Positions 52,100-59,713 of a DNA stretch of 64,000 nucleotides are shown one piece after another. The stretch comes from Betaproteobacteria bacterium (GTDB taxonomy: Bacteria > Pseudomonadota > Gammaproteobacteria > Burkholderiales > Rhodocyclaceae), in NCBI GenBank assembly GCA_016194935.1, contig JACQAO010000002.1:852-64851 (forward strand), in the 5' to 3' direction. Each line of letters opens with the position of its first letter. The stretch's first letter is position 1. The notes under the pieces are model-generated. The model did no database searches. It saw nothing but the letters and a program-made list of their open reading frames with translations, and was not told where the DNA came from. The position numbers were made by a program, and so were the translations under genes.

Positions 52100-52116
52100 A
52101 GCAATTATAGTGCCAG
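52100..52116 (-). promoter_or_regulatory. sigma-54 (-24/-12) promoter of the pilin gene
   Basis: The minus strand reads CTGGCAC-TATAA-TTGCT, matching TGGCAC-N5-TTGCW with exact spacing. The -12 element lies about 47 nt upstream of the pilin ATG. Confidence 0.7.
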
Positions 52117-52270
52117 CGATATTGTGTGCATATTGCCACAAAACGCCCGGATTTCCACATTAAAACGTCATTTTTTCGACGTAGCTGACGGGTTTTCGGC
52201 AAACCCCGGCGCCGCTCCGGGGTTAAAATCCAGTCGTATCCATCGAACCGCCACCTCGCCCTTCACCCAC

Positions 52271-53995
52271 ATGTCCGCCGCCGCCCATCTTGCCGACTGG
52301 CTTGGCCGCCACCGCCGCTGGTTGCTGCTGGGCCTGCTGTTGCTGCTGCATCTGGGGCTGATGCAGGGCGTCGATAGCCAACTGGGCCGCACCATGCTGG
52401 TGGCGCATATCGGCCTGTTCATCCTCTGGCAGCCGTTCGTCCGCGCCGAGCTGCGTCTTGATTACCGGCATTTCGCGGTTCTGTTCGCACTGGTCGGCGC
52501 GGCCATTGTCTGGCTGACCTGGGGGACGCTGGCGATCTGGGTGATGTTTATCGCCGGCATCATCGGCGGCAAAGTGTTCTTCTTCGGCGCGCGCTGGAGC
52601 AAAGTTTTTTATCTGTTGGCGCTGGCCTATCTGGTGGCGATACTGGTGACATTCATCATCCCGCATTCGCTGCCGTATCAGCAAACCAATCAGGAAGTGT
52701 TTGGCGTGCTGGCGAGTTATGTGCTGCCGCTGTTGCTGCTGGGAATGGCGATTCTGCCGGCAGGCGGGGAGCGTGAGGCGCAGGACGAAGTCATCGACCT
52801 GATCTACAGCATTTTCGTTTTCCTGATATTGGCGGTGCTGGTGCTGGGTAGCCTGGCCTTCATGCTTGTGCTGCAACTGGGTTATATCCAGTCGCTGTTG
52901 GGGGCGCTGGCGACGAGTGCGTTGCTGCTGTTTTTATTCAGCTGGACCTGGAATCCTCTGGCTGGTTTTGCCGGGCTGGGCGCAGTATTTTCCCGCTACC
53001 TGTTGTCGATTGGTTTGCCTTTCGAGCGCTGGATGCATGCCTTGGCGGAACACTCGCAGCGTGAGCCGCATCCTGAAAAATTTCTTGCCGTCGCCTGCGC
53101 CGACCTGGTGAATCGCCTGCCCTGGGTGTTAGGCGGGGAGTGGCAGGTCAAGCAGAAACACGGAGAGTTCGGGGTGCGGGAGGGCCAGTCGAAGGCCTTT
53201 CAGCATGGGGCGCTGCGCATCGTTTTGTTTTCGCGTCATCCACTCAGCCCGTCGCTGATCTGGCACTTCATACTGCTGGTGCAGATTATCGGCGAGTTCC
53301 ATGAGGCCAAGCTGAGCGCCCGGCAACTCAGCCAGATGGCATATCTCCGGGCGATCCACGAAACCGGCGCGCGCATCACGCACGATGTCAAAAACCTGAT
53401 GCAGTCGCTGAATACCCTGTGTTTCGCGGCGGAGCGCGAGAAGCATGAGACGACCCTCTCGCCGCAGTTTCAATCCCTGCTGCGCCGGCAGTTGCCGGTG
53501 ATCGCCGAACGCCTTCAGCATGCTCTGGACAAGCTGCGCAAGCCGGTCGGCAACCCGAGCGCGCCGGCCCATGCGCAGGATTGGTGGGATGAAAAACGCC
53601 AGCGCTATGCAGAGCAGGAAATAAGTTTTGTAACGGTCGGCGCGCTGGCGGGCATTACGCTGCCGGCGGATTTATTTACCGATGTGATCGAGAACCTGCT
53701 GCAAAATGCATTCGACAAACGCCGCAGCCATCCCCGCCTGAAGATCGAAGTTCAGCTTGAGATCATCGCCGACGACAATGCCGGCCAGGCGGTGCTGACA
53801 GTATGCGACGATGGCGCGCCGATTCCGCCGAGCGTGACGGAGGAGTTGTTTGCCGGCCCGCTGCCATCGGAAAATGGCTACGGCATCAGTCTTTATCAAG
53901 CCGCCCGGCATGCCGAAGCCAACGGCTATCGCCTCGCCCTGGTCGCCAATCTCCCCGGCAGCGTGTGCTTCCGGTTGTTGCCTGGTTGGGCGTGA
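52271..53995 (+). CDS. polytopic membrane sensor histidine kinase (no cognate response regulator adjacent)
   Basis: About eight hydrophobic segments in the first 300 aa. H-box ITHDVKNLMQSL, N-box ENLLQNAFDK, G1 CDDGAPIP, G2 ENGYGISL. Start set at MSAAAHL (ATG 52271). Confidence 0.75.
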   Translation: MSAAAHLADWLGRHRRWLLLGLLLLLHLGLMQGVDSQLGRTMLVAHIGLFILWQPFVRAELRLDYRHFAVLFALVGAAIVWLTWGTLAIWVMFIAGIIGGKVFFFGARWSKVFYLLALAYLVAILVTFIIPHSLPYQQTNQEVFGVLASYVLPLLLLGMAILPAGGEREAQDEVIDLIYSIFVFLILAVLVLGSLAFMLVLQLGYIQSLLGALATSALLLFLFSWTWNPLAGFAGLGAVFSRYLLSIGLPFERWMHALAEHSQREPHPEKFLAVACADLVNRLPWVLGGEWQVKQKHGEFGVREGQSKAFQHGALRIVLFSRHPLSPSLIWHFILLVQIIGEFHEAKLSARQLSQMAYLRAIHETGARITHDVKNLMQSLNTLCFAAEREKHETTLSPQFQSLLRRQLPVIAERLQHALDKLRKPVGNPSAPAHAQDWWDEKRQRYAEQEISFVTVGALAGITLPADLFTDVIENLLQNAFDKRRSHPRLKIEVQLEIIADDNAGQAVLTVCDDGAPIPPSVTEELFAGPLPSENGYGISLYQAARHAEANGYRLALVANLPGSVCFRLLPGWA

Positions 53996-54008
53996 GTTTG
54001 CGCTGTGG

Positions 54009-54827
54009 TCAGGGCAGTTTGGCGGCGCCGATCATACGATTCATCAGGATGCCAGGCGGTATCCAGACCAGTTGGTCATCGATAAAAGTATTGCTGACGA
54101 ATGTTGCGTCGCCATTGGAGTTCTCAGCTTCGTCGCCTGTTCCAGCGGTTTTCTTTGAACCTTGGGGGGTGTATGCACCCAAACCATTCTTGCCGTGTGA
54201 AACCACCGCAGCGGGAACCTGACTGGCGAGTGGCGTACCGCCGCTGGCAGTGAGAATAGTGACGCCGCCTGGCGTGCATAAAGCGAAAGCCGCGTTGGCA
54301 GTACCGGTGGTTACCGAACAGCCAAAAATGGCTGTGTATGGTTGCCCGATGCCCCGCGCGAAGAAACTACTCACATGATAAGTGTAGCGATTGCCCCAGG
54401 CATCAGTTTCCAGCAACCCCAAGCTTGCCCAAGGCAATACTCCGCCAACAGTATCGGTGGCGGCGGATATGGAGCAAGGAGTTGTCCCGATCTGGGCGGC
54501 GCCGGGACTGGACGTGGCCGCACAGGCGCAGGTCAAGTTGGTTCCGCTGCCGGTGGTGGCTTCGATCCCCGCATTGGTGGAGGTGTAAGCGATATTTGCC
54601 TGGGCTGGACAGGGCAGGCGACCGTTGATTACCGCGAAACCGATCAGTGCTTCACGAATATCTATCAAGGATTTTTCCGTTGCCTGACGGCTTTGCAGAT
54701 CCTGTTGGCTCGACAGCGGGATTAGCAAGCCTCCCAGCAGCAGCCCCACGATCACCAGCACCATCGCCAGCTCCATCAGGGTGAAACCTCGGCAGGAAAG
54801 TTTTCTGCAGTGAATAGTGGTAGTCAT
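54009..54827 (-). CDS. prepilin-type N-terminal methylation-domain pseudopilin (minor pilin)
   Basis: CRG/FTLMELAMVLVIVGLLLGG class III signal with Glu+5. The start overlaps the stop of the 995-aa gene (ATGA). Confidence 0.8.
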   Translation of the reverse strand: MTTTIHCRKLSCRGFTLMELAMVLVIVGLLLGGLLIPLSSQQDLQSRQATEKSLIDIREALIGFAVINGRLPCPAQANIAYTSTNAGIEATTGSGTNLTCACAATSSPGAAQIGTTPCSISAATDTVGGVLPWASLGLLETDAWGNRYTYHVSSFFARGIGQPYTAIFGCSVTTGTANAAFALCTPGGVTILTASGGTPLASQVPAAVVSHGKNGLGAYTPQGSKKTAGTGDEAENSNGDATFVSNTFIDDQLVWIPPGILMNRMIGAAKLP

Positions 54828-57811
54828 TGGCTGCGCATGAGCAGGTTGCTAATCGAGATATCCTGATTATCGCTGGAACCAGAGCCGCGAGCAGTAGTGA
54901 AGCCGACATAAATGCTGGCGAGAGCCGGCCCGTTGACGTCGTTGATTACGATGTTGTCCTGTTCGATGGTGGGAGCGCGCGATGGACAGAATACCGGCAA
55001 GTCGCGCGTCAGGTTCTGGAAATCAGTGTATGAGCAAGCGTCAGCCAGTGGAAATTGGTTGTCCACATAAGCCTTGAGGGTGAGTGTCGCCCGCTTCGTC
55101 ATAGCATCGTAAGTGCGGCTGATATCCAGCCGGACATGGATATCGCTGGCAAGCGGCATCAGCCCGCCAGCCGGGAAATAGGGAGATTTAACTGTGGCGA
55201 TGCCCGGCAGGGCGAAGACGCCGCCGGTAAAGCCAGCGCCTGGATCTACAGTCAGCGGATAGGTGAAGTGGGTAGAGTCAATCACAGTGACGGGGAAGCT
55301 GCCGTTGTATCCCGCAGGAGATATCCCGGCGATATTCATCATTTCACCCGTGCTTAGTCCGTGGTTCGTCGCAGTGGTTACCGTGACGATACCCGAGGGA
55401 GTAGCAGGAGCCCAGGTAGCGCTGACGATTTTATTGGTGGCGGTTGCGTAGCCATCAGCCGAGTAGCTGCCTGGATTGGTGGCCAGTGAGTAGGTGAAGT
55501 TTTGGGGGTCGATGATTGAGACGATCTGGTAAGTGCCGTTATACCCCGCTGGGCTGATGCCTGAAATGTTCACGAACTGGCCTGCGGAAAAGCCATGATT
55601 CGATTGGGTCGTGACAGTCACCGTGCCGCCGCCCGTACTTGACCATGCGGCACTGGAAGTGATGGCGCTGCGGCTGGCGGTGGCGCCGTAGGTATAAGCG
55701 CCAGGGGCAGAACCGAGGGTGTAGGTGAAATGTGTAGCATCAGTGACCGTAACCGGCACCGGGCTGGCGCCAGGGCTGTAGCCTGCGGCGGCGGTATCCG
55801 ATATCAGCACCTCCTGGCCCGTGGCAAACCCGTGTGGCGCGGCACTTGTGGCGGTTACCGTGCCTGACGACCAGGTTGCCGCAGCAAGCGTAGCGATAGG
55901 CGTTGCTGTGGCGGTAGTCAAGGACAGCGGGCCTGGATTGAGCGGCTCGCTGCCGCTGCCGAGTATGCCTTTGTAATGGGTGTTGTCGTCATCTCCGGTA
56001 TTGGTTCCGGTGGGACTGTTATCACCCGCCATGCCCCAGTACAGGAAAGCAAAGTGATCCGAGCTGGGGTCGTTGCGCGAGGAATTGATGGAGGTGTCGA
56101 ATTCCACGCCAAGTTTTGGGGGCTTGATACCGGCGGACGAACCCGACGGCGGCGTACCCGCATAACCCAGGCGGGTACTGCTGGCAGCGCCGCACATGAT
56201 GGGATTGGTGTTGGCGACATTATTGGTGGAGGCATCCGCCAGGGCCAAAGTGAAGCCTGGTCCCGAGCCGGTGGAACCGGTATTGATTCTGAATTTGAAG
56301 TAAAGCCGCAACATAGATCCCAGCGAAATCGGCGTGGGAAACCAGACGCAGCCGGAGCGCGAAGCCAGCGTTGTACTGCCGAGGTTGATGGCCGGTGTGC
56401 TGGTGTTGACCGATGCGACCGGGCTGCCGCTCCCCGTGGAGCTGACTGTGCCGGTATTGAACGCGGCAAAATCCTGAGCAAGTGAGACGAAGGCTCCAGG
56501 GAACAGGCAGACGCCGACATCTGCGCTTGGATTCGCGGCTGAATAGGCCGTGCTCCCCGAGCCCGTCAGTGGGAAGGTGTTTGCGGCGCTGTTGAGAATA
56601 TCAAGACCGCCGCCGGGAATGGATTCGAAGTAATTAGCAAGATTCGCAAAGCCTGCGGTCTTCTGCGCGCTTGGCCGCGGCTGTCCGTTGGCGCTACGGC
56701 CGGCGAACATCAGCGCGCCCCGGCAGCTCGGCGTTCCGGCTACGGTCAGGCACGGCGAGGTCAGGCTGGAGCACATGATCTGGCGGTATTGTTCGCTCCA
56801 GTTGTTGTAATAGTTGCTATAGGCTGTGTGGTAGAGCGTAAGGGCTGCAGGCAGGTTACCAATCAGTTTCCCGGAAATCTGAGGGGAATAGCCGGTAATG
56901 ATCGGTTGGCTGGTGGTCGTGCCATTGGTTAAATCATCCTGAATGTTTTTTTCCAGCGCTCCCCTGATTTCGTCTGTCAGATAATTGATTTGTCCGGCAG
57001 GGCTGGCGCTGGCCGGATTGCTGAAATCCTGACGCTTTATCACCTTGTCGAAAATTTCTTTCGGGGTGATCCATGTCATCAGGCGGTCGTTGTTGATGAT
57101 ATTGCCCAGGCTGTCCTTGACAACGCCGGGAGTGATCTGAATGGTGGCGCTGGTGGCGAAATTGTAGTTGCCGTCGAGGTAGGCTGATACCTGGGACGGA
57201 TCGGCGTTGCAGGGCTGGGGAAACTGGCTACGGGTCTGCGATGCTAAAGGTACGCCGGGAGAGAAGATCACCGCTGCTGCGCCGCCATCTCCTTGATCGG
57301 GTGCGACCGTAGTACCGACTATGCTGAATTGCCCTTGGGTGTCCCAGTTCATTACGCTGCTGGTCGCCTTAATGTTGTTCTTAAACGTCCCGGAAACGGC
57401 GTACCAGAGGCAATTTCCGTCGGCATCGCGCAGGTCGGGCAGGCCGAGCTCCTGGTATGGCAACAGGCCAATGGCAGCTAGATCTCCGCTACCACAGTTA
57501 TTGGGGACCGTAGAGACCGATGGAACAGATCCGTCCCCAGTCACGGAATCCGGGCAGGGCAGATAGCCGAATACCTGGATGTTGGTGCTGCTGGGGTGTT
57601 GATCCTGATAAGTTATCGCATACCCGATCAGCGCCTCTTTCGCCATCGCCAGGGCTTTCAAGGTAACCTCGTCGCGCGCGTATTTGCGGGTGGCGACTTC
57701 CAGTTGGCTGGTGACGGCATACAAGGAACCCAGCACTACGATGATCAGCATCAGCAGCAGGGCAAAGCCTTGCTGGCGATGCTGGGCGGCGTGAAGCCCA
57801 CGGGTTGACAA
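54824..57811 (-). CDS. large PilX-N-type pilus-associated protein with a split legume-lectin-like domain (putative tip adhesin)
   Basis: N-terminus QQGFALLLMLIIVVLGSLYAV is pilin-like but lacks Glu+5. Lectin-like blocks LRLYFKFRIN...GPGFTLALADA, KLGVEFDTSINSSRNDPSSDH and C-terminal IHVRLDISRTYD..., IYVGFTTARGSGSS. Three tandem repeats of about 68 aa lie between them. TTG start. Confidence 0.65.
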   Translation of the reverse strand: MSTRGLHAAQHRQQGFALLLMLIIVVLGSLYAVTSQLEVATRKYARDEVTLKALAMAKEALIGYAITYQDQHPSSTNIQVFGYLPCPDSVTGDGSVPSVSTVPNNCGSGDLAAIGLLPYQELGLPDLRDADGNCLWYAVSGTFKNNIKATSSVMNWDTQGQFSIVGTTVAPDQGDGGAAAVIFSPGVPLASQTRSQFPQPCNADPSQVSAYLDGNYNFATSATIQITPGVVKDSLGNIINNDRLMTWITPKEIFDKVIKRQDFSNPASASPAGQINYLTDEIRGALEKNIQDDLTNGTTTSQPIITGYSPQISGKLIGNLPAALTLYHTAYSNYYNNWSEQYRQIMCSSLTSPCLTVAGTPSCRGALMFAGRSANGQPRPSAQKTAGFANLANYFESIPGGGLDILNSAANTFPLTGSGSTAYSAANPSADVGVCLFPGAFVSLAQDFAAFNTGTVSSTGSGSPVASVNTSTPAINLGSTTLASRSGCVWFPTPISLGSMLRLYFKFRINTGSTGSGPGFTLALADASTNNVANTNPIMCGAASSTRLGYAGTPPSGSSAGIKPPKLGVEFDTSINSSRNDPSSDHFAFLYWGMAGDNSPTGTNTGDDDNTHYKGILGSGSEPLNPGPLSLTTATATPIATLAAATWSSGTVTATSAAPHGFATGQEVLISDTAAAGYSPGASPVPVTVTDATHFTYTLGSAPGAYTYGATASRSAITSSAAWSSTGGGTVTVTTQSNHGFSAGQFVNISGISPAGYNGTYQIVSIIDPQNFTYSLATNPGSYSADGYATATNKIVSATWAPATPSGIVTVTTATNHGLSTGEMMNIAGISPAGYNGSFPVTVIDSTHFTYPLTVDPGAGFTGGVFALPGIATVKSPYFPAGGLMPLASDIHVRLDISRTYDAMTKRATLTLKAYVDNQFPLADACSYTDFQNLTRDLPVFCPSRAPTIEQDNIVINDVNGPALASIYVGFTTARGSGSSDNQDISISNLLMRSQ

Positions 57812-58202
57812 CTTCCAGTCCGGGGTAGTCGAAATCCCTTTTGTTGCGCGTTACAAGACGTAATTCGTGATGCAGCGCGGTGGCTGCCAGCAAGCTGTCA
57901 ATACTGGGGACGGGGCGTCCTGCTTGCGCCAGCAATCTTCCCCATCGGTCGGCAACCGGCATATCCACCGGCAGTACTCTTGGACCAAACCAATCGGTCA
58001 AATCATGTTCAAGCCACAGCCGGAGTTTTTCACGACGCGATCCGGCTGGCATGCGTTCCACTCCTTTGCGAATCTCACCCAGGCTCAGCACACTGATATG
58101 CAGTGCGTCGGAGGGAATGTTTTCAAACCATGCCAAGACAGTCTTGGCGGGCTTGGGGCGCACCAGCTCGGAAATCACATTGGTGTCGAGTAAATAACTC
58201 AT
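57498..58202 (-). CDS. vapC: VapC-type PIN toxin. The ORF lacks a stop at the normal position and runs 314 nt into the 995-aa gene.
   Basis: MSYLLDTNVISE, SVLSLGEI, LLAATAL, VTRNKRDF PIN motifs. Homology ends at ...GLEVVNPWA (about nt 57795). The remaining 98 codons are low-complexity and overlap the 995-aa ORF in another frame. Confidence 0.75.
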   Translation of the reverse strand: MSYLLDTNVISELVRPKPAKTVLAWFENIPSDALHISVLSLGEIRKGVERMPAGSRREKLRLWLEHDLTDWFGPRVLPVDMPVADRWGRLLAQAGRPVPSIDSLLAATALHHELRLVTRNKRDFDYPGLEVVNPWASRRPASPARLCPAADADHRSAGFLVCRHQPTGSRHPQIRARRGYLESPGDGERGADRVCDNLSGSTPQQHQHPGIRLSALPGFRDWGRICSIGLYGPQ

Positions 58203-58219
58203 AACTTATAACGCATGGC

Positions 58220-58468
58220 TCATAGCTTGAGTTTGCGCGTGAGGGTTTGTTCGCGCGTCAGGTCGAGACCGCTGCGCATGAGAGGGGATGTTCGCAACAA
58301 TTCCACGAAACCGGGCTTGGGATGAATCAGCTTCAAATAATCGCGCCGGGAAATCAGTACGGCGACTGGTTCGCCATGCACGGTAATGTTTTGCGGCCCT
58401 TGGTTTTGGGCATTTTTAACAACCTCGCTGAACTTTCCCTTTGCTTCTTGCAGTTGCCAGGTTCTCAT
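58220..58468 (-). CDS. Phd/YefM-family antitoxin
   Basis: MRTWQLQEAKGKFSEVV..A...GPQ.IT.HG.PVAVLIS..DY pattern. AGGAGG RBS 4-5 nt before the ATG. Lies 17 nt upstream of the PIN gene. Confidence 0.8.
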   Translation of the reverse strand: MRTWQLQEAKGKFSEVVKNAQNQGPQNITVHGEPVAVLISRRDYLKLIHPKPGFVELLRTSPLMRSGLDLTREQTLTRKLKL

Positions 58469-58483
58469 GCTTCCTCCTGATTC

Positions 58484-58505
58484 TAGTCAGACTGACTAAA
58501 TTATA
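58484..58505 (-). promoter_or_regulatory. candidate TA promoter -10 box with an adjacent operator palindrome
   Basis: Minus-strand TATAAT (58505-58500) is followed directly by the perfect palindrome TAGTCAG-T-CTGACTA (58498-58484). Confidence 0.45.
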
Positions 58506-58538
58506 TCAGGCTGGATGAGTCCAGCGATTTATTGCTGG

Positions 58539-59003
58539 CTAGGGACGCTTGGCGTCATGGCCGGGGTTGATTTGCAGTTGTCCGCCTGCCAGCCCGTCGG
58601 TCTTCTCCTGAGTGCCGCGATTGAGGGTCTCGCCGATTCGCAGGTGGGCGGGTTTTTCGTCACCGACGCTGATCGCCATCCGGCCCGGCTCTCCGGGCGA
58701 TGGCCGGAGGGCGATGCCGCTGTTGTTTTCGCCGTCCCGTTGCGGGCGGCCATTGACCCAGACCGTCGTTTTGCCGCCGTTATCGTTACGGTAGACCACG
58801 CCGTTGAGGTGCACCTTGTCGACTGCAAGAGTTTCCTGGGGCTTTTCCTGGATGTTGAGTTGGCGCTGTCGCTCCAGCGCGGCGCGGCGTTCCGGCGTCA
58901 GGAAGAGCCGGCCTAGCGTTTCGGATTGAGCGGGCGGGGCAACCATCAGCCAGGCCAGTGCCGTAAGTATCGCGGAAACCGCAATGCGGGGTGAATTTTT
59001 CAT
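58539..59003 (-). CDS. secreted/periplasmic protein of the pilus cluster, function unknown
   Basis: Signal peptide MKNSPRIAVSAILTALAWLMVAPPAQS. ATGA overlap with the upstream gene stop. The track start 59105 overlaps that gene. Confidence 0.5.
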   Translation of the reverse strand: MKNSPRIAVSAILTALAWLMVAPPAQSETLGRLFLTPERRAALERQRQLNIQEKPQETLAVDKVHLNGVVYRNDNGGKTTVWVNGRPQRDGENNSGIALRPSPGEPGRMAISVGDEKPAHLRIGETLNRGTQEKTDGLAGGQLQINPGHDAKRP

Positions 59004-59674
59004 GTTTGACCGGGACGTTTTTCGCGCAGGGTAATCCAGTCTATCGAGCAGTCGGCCTTGAGCTGGGCGGTGCTGCCGGGGGAGGAGAAGCGCTGAACAT
59101 CGCATTTGTTGACGCGCAGATAAGCCTGCACGCTGCCGCGCAGGTCGGACAGGAAATTCAGTAAATCATCTTCGTGCAGCAACTGCATGTGCAACTGCAT
59201 ATTGCTGACCATGAAATCATATCCGATGATGTTGCCGGTGTCGGCAATTGCCGGGGCCGCCGGGGCGTTGGCGGGCCGCGCCCCCGGGCTGCCGGGCGCA
59301 GGCGGGTTAGGGTTGCCGCTGTCGAGCAATTGCTGTGGCGCCAGCTCGTATTGTATGTCCAGCAGTTTGCGCGCCGTTTTGATCTTGCGAATCTGCTCGA
59401 TCCAGTCGAGGCGATGTTCATTGCCGATGTAACCGCGCGCCATGATGTTCTGGTATTCAGAAAATTTCTGGCGCAGCTCCCGCTCCTCGTCACGGGCGTG
59501 CGCCAGCTTGGTACTGATTTCATCCCGCTTGCCCGAGGCCTGGCGATAGACCTGTTGCGCATCTTTGGCGTAACGCAGAGTGGCGTACACCGCGACCGCG
59601 CCCAGCACGGCAAACACCAGCAGCAGGGCCAGGTTCCAGCGGATGCGGCGCAAGTCTTCAGCGGTGAATTTCAT
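59000..59674 (-). CDS. bitopic coiled-coil protein, GspM/PilO-like (tentative)
   Basis: Short cytoplasmic N-terminus, one TM (WNLALLLVFAVLGAVAVYATL), a coiled-coil, then a C-terminal domain. Assigned by architecture and position only. Confidence 0.45.
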   Translation of the reverse strand: MKFTAEDLRRIRWNLALLLVFAVLGAVAVYATLRYAKDAQQVYRQASGKRDEISTKLAHARDEERELRQKFSEYQNIMARGYIGNEHRLDWIEQIRKIKTARKLLDIQYELAPQQLLDSGNPNPPAPGSPGARPANAPAAPAIADTGNIIGYDFMVSNMQLHMQLLHEDDLLNFLSDLRGSVQAYLRVNKCDVQRFSSPGSTAQLKADCSIDWITLREKRPGQT

Positions 59675-59713
59675 GTCAGGATCGCAGTCCGGGGAGATCG
59701 CAGGAACATGGCT

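Noticed and set aside
57498-57794. The 98-aa C-terminal extension of VapC as a genuine extra domain
   Set aside because: The extension is Arg/Pro/Ala/Gly-rich low-complexity sequence, and it lies entirely within the better-supported 995-aa ORF in another frame. It more likely reflects loss of the stop codon at the insertion junction or a sequencing frameshift.
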